Shown piece after piece: positions 57,459 to 64,000 of a stretch of DNA of 64,000 bases. The translations under genes were made by a program, and so were the position numbers. The DNA is from Candidatus Cloacimonadales bacterium. GTDB lineage: Bacteria > Cloacimonadota > Cloacimonadia > Cloacimonadales > JAFGVF01. The stretch covers positions 416,001-480,000 of the forward strand of contig CAXXOU010000001.1 in NCBI GenBank assembly GCA_963677495.2. The letters run 5' to 3'. Position 1 is the stretch's first letter, and every line of letters starts with the position of its first letter. The notes beneath the pieces were generated by a model. It saw only the letters and a program-made list of their open reading frames with translations, was not told the origin of the DNA and did no database searches.

Positions 57459-60400
57459 CTACTTCATTAACACCATTTTCTTGGTTTTAGTATATGTTCC
57501 GGCTTTAAGCTTGTAGAAATAAACACCACTTGGTGAATCTGTAGCATCCCAAACAATACTGTGTTTGCCTTGATTCATCTCCTCATTAACCAATGTTTTG
57601 ATATGCTGTCCCTTCACATTGTAGATATCCAATTTAACTTTCCCATAATCTTTAATATCAAAATGGATTGTTGTGACCGGATTAAACGGGTTAGGATAGT
57701 TGTTGTTAAGTTTGGTTTTTAACATAGGTAGTGAGTCTGAAGAATCATTTGGATTGGCAGAATTAATGTCAATTACTACATCATCCAACATCAACATGTC
57801 TCCATCGAAGTTCAGATGTTGAAAGCCTAATCTGATATTATCTGATTCAATGTTTTGAACCGTTACTGAATACTCCACCCAGTTATCAGATAAGAGTATA
57901 GCATTTTCTGGATTAACTATTATGAAATCGGTCGGATCAATACTGCCATCAGACATACCTACTCTTATATAGTCATCAAACATCTCATCAGTGAGTGTTT
58001 TAGCTTTGAATGTAACTGTTACCTCAGGCGTGTTGTAATCTGTCAGGTCAAAATTAGGAGTAATAACCCAGTTGTTGCTTTCACCTCCAACAGCATTGAA
58101 ACTAGCAAGATACTTGCTTCCTCTGAACGCTAAACCACTTGTCAATGGTGGAGTTGTTGCAAGTGGATTGAAAGCTATAAACGCCATTTGATTTTGCTCA
58201 CCCGGGAAGTCAAAATTAGCAAAATCTATTGTAGCTTCTGCATCTATATCGACGTTCTCCCAGTTGCCTATTGTACTACTAAAATCCTGATAGTTCTCGA
58301 AATCATCATAGAAAGTTGGAGTATCCATTTGAGTATAGGTTACAACAATAGAGTCAGTCAAAACACTTTCAAGATAGTATTCTTGATCGATAAAGGATTG
58401 AATTCTGTATTCGTAAGACTGATTCAAAACCAGATTATCAGGTGTGTCCAAATAGTTATGATACAGAATAGGAGTTGAATTCAATTGAACTCCATCTCTA
58501 AACACATTGTATGATATGCCGGCATCAGAACATCCGATTGGTGCATCCCAACCAATAAGTACACCTCTAAAGTCACTATGAAGTTCGAAGTCAGATGGTT
58601 GTAACATCTCGGTTAATGGAGTTGCTTCAATAGAAACAAAATAGTCACCAACTACACGCGTTGCCGGTTCAGAATATTCCTTCACACGAAGGTAATAGTA
58701 TCCACTTTCTAAGAGAGTATACTCCAATAAGGCGTCATTTCCATAATCACTAAGAATGAAGTGAGCATCAGTGACAGAATCGTTTGCATTTGGGGTCGGT
58801 CCATAGAGGTAAGTTGAAAGTTCCAATCCTGATTCATCACTCGTAACTTGAGCATTTATTTCAACAGGTGCATTAATATAGCACATATACCAGTCTTCAT
58901 CATTATCAGGATAGATTATCTCTTCCTGTTGCATGTACGGAAGAGTTACTTCAAGAGCTGTTTCAGAGGAATCATTGTTATCAGGTTCAATTGTACCAAT
59001 CAATGTGATATCATCAACCATTAGCATTAGCCCATTTGTAGTAACATGATGAATAGCAAATCTAATCTCCTGCCCAACATAGTCCTGCAATGGTAATGAA
59101 TAATATGTCCAAGCATGAGGAACATCAATTGGATTGTCCCCACTAATAACTGTAAAATCATCCGGATCAGTACTTCCGGTTGATATGCAGAACTCAACCT
59201 GCTCCATTCCAGTTTGATTTAGATAAGAACTAAGGTATAAATCTAAATATGGATCCTGTTGCTCGTCATTAACATCTGGATCTAGGATAAATGAATCAGA
59301 AATCAGCCAGTTGTCACTTGCTCCAACTGCACTGGAAAAAGCTGCAGCATACTGTGTACCACTTCTTGGGGCTGCATTTAGAAGTTGTGGAGTTGCAGAC
59401 ATTGGCTCGAATATCATAAAGGAACCTGGGTTGTTCTCTCCGGGGAAATCATGTTGATCCCCAAAACCTACAGTAGCTTCTCCATCACCATCAACTGTAA
59501 GCCAATCATCCCAAACGGTAGCAAAAGCTGTATATTCTTCAAAGTCTTCATATATTCTTGGAATATCCACTTCTTCAAATGTTAGTACTAATGAATCACA
59601 TGGTTCACTCTCCATAATCACAGGGTTTAGAACATATGATGTTATTTTATATTCAAAGCTGCTTCCATATAAAGAAGTATCTAGTTCATCAAGAAAATAT
59701 GTATTACTTTGTGAATTGGAGTTAATCTGTATATCATCTCTAAAAACTTTGTAGAATACGTTTTGAGTGTCTGATACTTCATCCCAGAAAATATCTATTC
59801 CTCTATAAGTTACATAACATTCCATGTTAGCTGGAGAAGATGGATTATCTCTTGTTATGAAAGTCCAAACCGGACTATTAGATACTTCTCCCCAAGAGTT
59901 ATATGGAGTTATACTCCAGTAATAGACTTGTTCTAGAGCTAACTGATCTGTTGTATAGGTATTTACATCTCCTAAATCAACCATGTTTAAAATATTGGTT
60001 GGAGGATTGTCAGTCCCCAGTGAAATCTTATAACCATCGTTTCTGTCTAATTGATCCCATTCAAATTGAACCGGAACTGTAATTCCTATAGCATCTTCAA
60101 GAGGATAAACAGGGGGTACAATCAGAGGGTAAGGATTGGGATTACCACCTAACATTAGCGGGGTGAATGTTGGATCCCAGGTATCGAAACCACCATTATC
60201 AGTTAAGGTAATATCTACTTGCAGCTCATCTCCTGATGAGATTTGCTCTAAGTTGATGGTTACAACCTGACCGGGAGCCCATGGGGCCATAAAGTCAGCA
60301 CACTGGACTTGCAACATGGACATACTACCATGTGGTCCGGCAATAGATGGGAAATATGTTGTGCTTAGTGATGTAGTCTCATTTAATATGTCGTTAGGGT

Positions 60401-60551
60401 AGTCGTTTAATCTTACTGCTGACCATAACAAATCTTCCTCAGCAACCGTGTTTCCTGTAGAATCAACAAAGCCTACTATTGCAGTATGAGGTTGAGCTAC
60501 AATAACGGTAACAGCCAACAATAGTAAAAAAATCAAAACTTTCCTTCTCAT
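57459..60551 (-). CDS. Secreted adhesin-like protein (2x FN3 + cleaved-adhesin/choice-of-anchor J, PPC-like, T9SS-type CTD)
   Basis: Start at ATG 60551 (GGAGG RBS); two 'DFE.Y..F......W..VD.D.E' modules with (D/N)NW(L/V)I; NNYPNPFNPVT...KKMVLMK. Confidence 0.88.
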   Translation of the reverse strand: MRRKVLIFLLLLAVTVIVAQPHTAIVGFVDSTGNTVAEEDLLWSAVRLNDYPNDILNETTSLSTTYFPSIAGPHGSMSMLQVQCADFMAPWAPGQVVTINLEQISSGDELQVDITLTDNGGFDTWDPTFTPLMLGGNPNPYPLIVPPVYPLEDAIGITVPVQFEWDQLDRNDGYKISLGTDNPPTNILNMVDLGDVNTYTTDQLALEQVYYWSITPYNSWGEVSNSPVWTFITRDNPSSPANMECYVTYRGIDIFWDEVSDTQNVFYKVFRDDIQINSNSQSNTYFLDELDTSLYGSSFEYKITSYVLNPVIMESEPCDSLVLTFEEVDIPRIYEDFEEYTAFATVWDDWLTVDGDGEATVGFGDQHDFPGENNPGSFMIFEPMSATPQLLNAAPRSGTQYAAAFSSAVGASDNWLISDSFILDPDVNDEQQDPYLDLYLSSYLNQTGMEQVEFCISTGSTDPDDFTVISGDNPIDVPHAWTYYSLPLQDYVGQEIRFAIHHVTTNGLMLMVDDITLIGTIEPDNNDSSETALEVTLPYMQQEEIIYPDNDEDWYMCYINAPVEINAQVTSDESGLELSTYLYGPTPNANDSVTDAHFILSDYGNDALLEYTLLESGYYYLRVKEYSEPATRVVGDYFVSIEATPLTEMLQPSDFELHSDFRGVLIGWDAPIGCSDAGISYNVFRDGVQLNSTPILYHNYLDTPDNLVLNQSYEYRIQSFIDQEYYLESVLTDSIVVTYTQMDTPTFYDDFENYQDFSSTIGNWENVDIDAEATIDFANFDFPGEQNQMAFIAFNPLATTPPLTSGLAFRGSKYLASFNAVGGESNNWVITPNFDLTDYNTPEVTVTFKAKTLTDEMFDDYIRVGMSDGSIDPTDFIIVNPENAILLSDNWVEYSVTVQNIESDNIRLGFQHLNFDGDMLMLDDVVIDINSANPNDSSDSLPMLKTKLNNNYPNPFNPVTTIHFDIKDYGKVKLDIYNVKGQHIKTLVNEEMNQGKHSIVWDATDSPSGVYFYKLKAGTYTKTKKMVLMK

Positions 60552-60586
60552 TAGTTCCTCCAATTTTGTAATCTTGTCTATTTCAT

Positions 60587-63166
60587 CTATTTCATCAAAA
60601 CCATCTTCTTGGTTTTAGTATATGTCTCTGATTGCAGCTTATAGAAGTAAATTCCACTTGGATATTCTTTCGCATCCCAGATTATGCAATGGTTCCCTTG
60701 CTTCATCTCATCATTTACCAATGTCTCGATTAACTGTCCTTTCACATTATAGATATCAAGTTTAACATGAGCATTTTGTGCCATGTTAAAGCTGATAGTT
60801 GTCTCAGGGTTGAATGGATTTGGATAGTTATTGTGCAATGTTATAGCTGATTCAATAACAGGTTGCTCATTATCTTCATTATCTACAGTGCCAATCATCA
60901 TTATATCGTCTACCATTAGCATCATACCTTGTGGGGAAACATGGTGTATCGCAACTCGGATAATCTGGTCGCAGTATGCAGATAAATCAAAGGAATATTG
61001 AGTCCATGCTTCCGGTACACCTAAAGGTTCATTGCCACTTATGACTGTAAAATCATCAGGATTAATACTCCCATTCGAAATACAGAACTCGATCTGCTCC
61101 AAACCTAACTGATTAGAGTATGGCCGAATTATATAACTAATATATGGCTCATCTCCGTATCCGGTATTAGTACCTAAATGTATAGGCCTTGTTATCAACC
61201 AGTTGTCATTGCCACTCGAAACAGAACTCAATGCCGCAGCATATTTATTTCCACTATAGGCATCTGCATTTTGAAGAGGAGGTGTTGTAGAATCAGGATT
61301 AAATATTATAAAGGACATAGGACTGTTCTCATCAGGGAAACTGCCCAAGCCCCCGAAGGACATAGTATTTTCTCCATCTCCATCAATTGTAACCCAATCT
61401 CCGAAGGTTGTACTAAAATCATCGTAGTCCTCGAAATCTTCATGGATTGGAGGTTCTGCAATGTCTACAAATGTAACTATAACTGAATCACAAGGTTCAC
61501 TTTCCAGGAAAGCAGGTTCGGTGATAAATGCCGTTACTTTATATTCGTAAAGTTGTTCTTGGATAAGGTTTTCTTCTGGGTCAAAGTAGTAGTTCTCATT
61601 AACAGGTTCTGTATTTATCTGCACATCATCCCGATAAACATTATATAAAACATCTTCAGAATTTATATCTTCTTCCCAAGACAGCTCTATCCCATTATAT
61701 ATAATCTCACAGTTAAGGTACTGAGGAGGAAGTATAGATGGTAAAAAAGGATCCACATCCAACCAAAGCTGGTAATCACAAATTTCTACTTGTGTCTGTC
61801 TATCTCTATTCAGGTTCTCCACTTTGATATAGTAGTATCCATCTGCGTAAATACTTGCTTCAATTTCCCAAGGTTCAGCTAAATAATCGATAAGAGTTGG
61901 TACATTTTCATCAATAATTGCATTATTTACAGTATATGGCCCAAAGGCAGTGACAAGGAAGTCCATTTGAGAGTTCAAATCGTTTATTACTTCTACACTG
62001 AATGTAGCAGTATATGGAGCCCAGCACACATACCAATCTATATCATTATCAGGAACGATAACTCCTCTGGTTCCCCATAATTGTGTGTCCAGAAATGTCG
62101 CAGTGTCGGAAGAATCGTTCCCATCTGGCTCATATCCATAACCTTCTATCGTTATAACTTCTACAGCTGAATGTCCTTCCTCTGTGAACTCAATTTCTGC
62201 ATATTTATGTCCGGGACTAGTAGGTGTAAAATCAACAAAAAGTGAGATTGAATCCATGGCTGGTATTGCAGTCGGATATATATTATTATCATACATGTTG
62301 AAAAGGTCTGAATCATTACCTGATAACTCTAAAGGATTATTTATCGTTACAGTCTCTGCTCCAGGATTGTAGAAAACAATCTGACTTTGATTGGAAGTAG
62401 TATTAACATCAACAACGCTAAAATCAATTGTATCATTGTATACAAGTGGGCCATGTGCACTTTGGGAAGTAGTAAACGACCATACAGGGCAATCCCAAGC
62501 GTCTCCAAATAGAGAGTTATAAGGGGTAATCTGCCAGTAATACGTTTCATCATTTGTTAGCTGATTACAGTTGTATTGGAACGATAATCCCAAATCCAGC
62601 ATATCGACTATGTTTGTTGGGGGGTTATCTGTACCAATCGAAATCTTATAACCTTCATTTGTGATACAATTTCCCCATTCAAACTGTACTGGAAGTGCAA
62701 TCTCAGTTGTGTTGTTTTGAGGGTAAATAGGTGCAACTGGTAAAGGCCAAGGACCTGGTACGCTACCCAAAAAAATCGGAGTATAAGTCGGATCCCATAA
62801 ATCAACTCCTGCACTAGTAAGCGTAATATCCAAATATGTACCATCACCAGTTGATAGTTTCTCTATATAGATAGAAACAACCTGCCCGGGAGCCCAAGGA
62901 TTGGTAAAATCAGCACATTGGATTTGTAGCATGGACATATCACCGGATGGACCTGTTATGGATGGGTAAAAAGCTGTGCTGAAAGAGGTTATTTCATTTA
63001 GTACATCCCCCGGAAATTCATTTACTCTTTCAGCTTCCCAATGTAAATCCTCTTCAGCGATTGTATTGCCTTCTGAATCAACAAACCCAATAATTACAGA
63101 ATGTGGTTGTGCTGATACTATTGCAATCAATAACGCGAATAATGCTAAAAACAGTCCCTTTTTCAT
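60587..63166 (-). CDS. Secreted adhesin-like paralogue (ASH/Ig, PPC-like, FN3, cleaved-adhesin, T9SS-type CTD)
   Basis: N-terminal domain shared with 57459..60551 (QPH..I.GFVDS.GNT.AEEDL.W...QCADF..PWAPGQVV); NNYPNPFNPETT...KKMVLMK. Confidence 0.88.
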   Translation of the reverse strand: MKKGLFLALFALLIAIVSAQPHSVIIGFVDSEGNTIAEEDLHWEAERVNEFPGDVLNEITSFSTAFYPSITGPSGDMSMLQIQCADFTNPWAPGQVVSIYIEKLSTGDGTYLDITLTSAGVDLWDPTYTPIFLGSVPGPWPLPVAPIYPQNNTTEIALPVQFEWGNCITNEGYKISIGTDNPPTNIVDMLDLGLSFQYNCNQLTNDETYYWQITPYNSLFGDAWDCPVWSFTTSQSAHGPLVYNDTIDFSVVDVNTTSNQSQIVFYNPGAETVTINNPLELSGNDSDLFNMYDNNIYPTAIPAMDSISLFVDFTPTSPGHKYAEIEFTEEGHSAVEVITIEGYGYEPDGNDSSDTATFLDTQLWGTRGVIVPDNDIDWYVCWAPYTATFSVEVINDLNSQMDFLVTAFGPYTVNNAIIDENVPTLIDYLAEPWEIEASIYADGYYYIKVENLNRDRQTQVEICDYQLWLDVDPFLPSILPPQYLNCEIIYNGIELSWEEDINSEDVLYNVYRDDVQINTEPVNENYYFDPEENLIQEQLYEYKVTAFITEPAFLESEPCDSVIVTFVDIAEPPIHEDFEDYDDFSTTFGDWVTIDGDGENTMSFGGLGSFPDENSPMSFIIFNPDSTTPPLQNADAYSGNKYAAALSSVSSGNDNWLITRPIHLGTNTGYGDEPYISYIIRPYSNQLGLEQIEFCISNGSINPDDFTVISGNEPLGVPEAWTQYSFDLSAYCDQIIRVAIHHVSPQGMMLMVDDIMMIGTVDNEDNEQPVIESAITLHNNYPNPFNPETTISFNMAQNAHVKLDIYNVKGQLIETLVNDEMKQGNHCIIWDAKEYPSGIYFYKLQSETYTKTKKMVLMK

Positions 63167-63288
63167 CTCAACCTCCCAATATAATCAGAGTTAATGAATA
63201 AATGTAATAAGTTATATAAACTCAATAATTTGCGCTATTTCTTCATCTGTCAAGGATATTATTTTCTATTACAGCAATCCCTTTTTTA

Positions 63289-63644
63289 GGGAATTTTGTC
63301 ACGACCAATGGGAGAACGGACTTCCTAAGGAGAACTATGCCAACTTATCCGATCAGGGTGATCGGTTGATCTCCCCAGATCGTCAAATTTCAGCAAGCAA
63401 TTTGGCAAACTCCACTTTATCCCTCCCCATTCAATAGCAAATACTCAAGAATATCTCAGTTATCCACAACATGTGTGACTAACTTGATGCTTTAATCAAG
63501 TGAGTATCAAGAGAGTATCAGGTGTGATCAAGTGTCTATCAAGAATTGAATGGGGGCAAATGGAGTTCGAACCTACCGGAGGTCTTACAAATAACCGGGT
63601 AAACCACGCCTAAACGTCGGGAGCCGTGGTTAACCCGTTGTCAA
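63289..63644. repeat. Composite repeat island: 5' fragment of the ~200-bp element, ATCAAG-phased array with a DnaA box inside a hairpin, and a CCACG-array fragment
   Basis: aacggacttcctaa ~63315; CCCCATTCAAT...ATTGAATGGGG; TTATCCACA 63460-63468; ATCA(A/G)G at 63495, 63506, 63517, 63527, 63538; 63596-63644 matches 27692-27740. Confidence 0.75.
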
Positions 63645-64000
63645 GTATGCCAGATTTATGTATGATCTGATATTGATTAAACTCTCATCCCTCTATCATA
63701 ATAAGTGAACGAAAGTTGTCTAATTTCTGGGAGTCTCTTGGGCCTTCCTGGTGATGAAACACAAGAAAGTGCTAAGATTTGGAGTAGCAAAGCATCTAAA
63801 TTCATGTCTTATTATGATGGAGCAATGATAGGGGTGTGAATTGGATTTGATTGCGCTAGCTGTCACCATAGCGACCAAGGGGAGTTGGGTGAATAGCGAT
63901 ATTTTGCAAGACTTCATAATTATGAGTCCAATTCGTGAAATCAGCAAGAAAAAAGAAAAAGCTGAAATCATACAAATAGAGAAGGATATGAATAGTATGA

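Noticed and set aside
797..62847. Numerous 60-150 aa ORFs antisense to or nested in the long genes
   Set aside because: Shadow ORFs of well-supported genes. Their recurrence mirrors the repeated modules on the coding strand.
46962..63166. Possible diversity-generating retroelement among the paralogous adhesins
   Set aside because: No reverse transcriptase in the window, and no TR/VR pair differing specifically at adenines was seen.
63720..63971. 83-aa minus-strand ORF at the window end
   Set aside because: No recognisable motif or RBS. It may be a gene tail or spurious, and cannot be judged at the edge.

Overview
AT-rich bacterial DNA, probably Cloacimonadota or another FCB-group lineage. 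This is inferred from seven secreted proteins ending in the 'YPNPFNP...K(K/M)M(I/V)L(L/M)K'-type T9SS-A/FlgD-Ig C-terminal domain. Layout: (1) housekeeping genes (partial mnmA, murA, prmC, APC permease-EIIA fusion, MIP channel, asparaginase II). (2) A ~28 kb divergent beta-1,3-glucan (laminarin-type) utilisation locus at 7.6-35.7 kb with GH3, a GH161-like phosphorylase, GH17, GH30, two GH16s, three non-catalytic repeat-module proteins and a GntR/LacI regulator with a candidate TGCTATATAGCA operator. It has no SusC/SusD. Instead it has a clan GH-A hydrolase fused to a predicted outer-membrane beta-barrel, and a GPH/MFS symporter carrying an inserted ~160 aa CBM-like domain. (3) A TPR-sigma54 activator followed by a -24/-12 promoter and a secreted protein, an ECF sigma/anti-sigma module, an orphan HEPN-motif protein, an HDAC11-like lipoprotein, nitroreductases and three paralogous adhesin-like secreted proteins (one frameshifted). 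(4) An intact IS21 element with a 7-bp target duplication, inserted into one copy of a family of nested non-coding repeats. Those repeats include ~200-bp structured units, REP-like inserts and 11-bp-phased palindromic arrays with different cores, some centred on paired DnaA-box-like motifs. All family calls come from motif recognition, not database searches.
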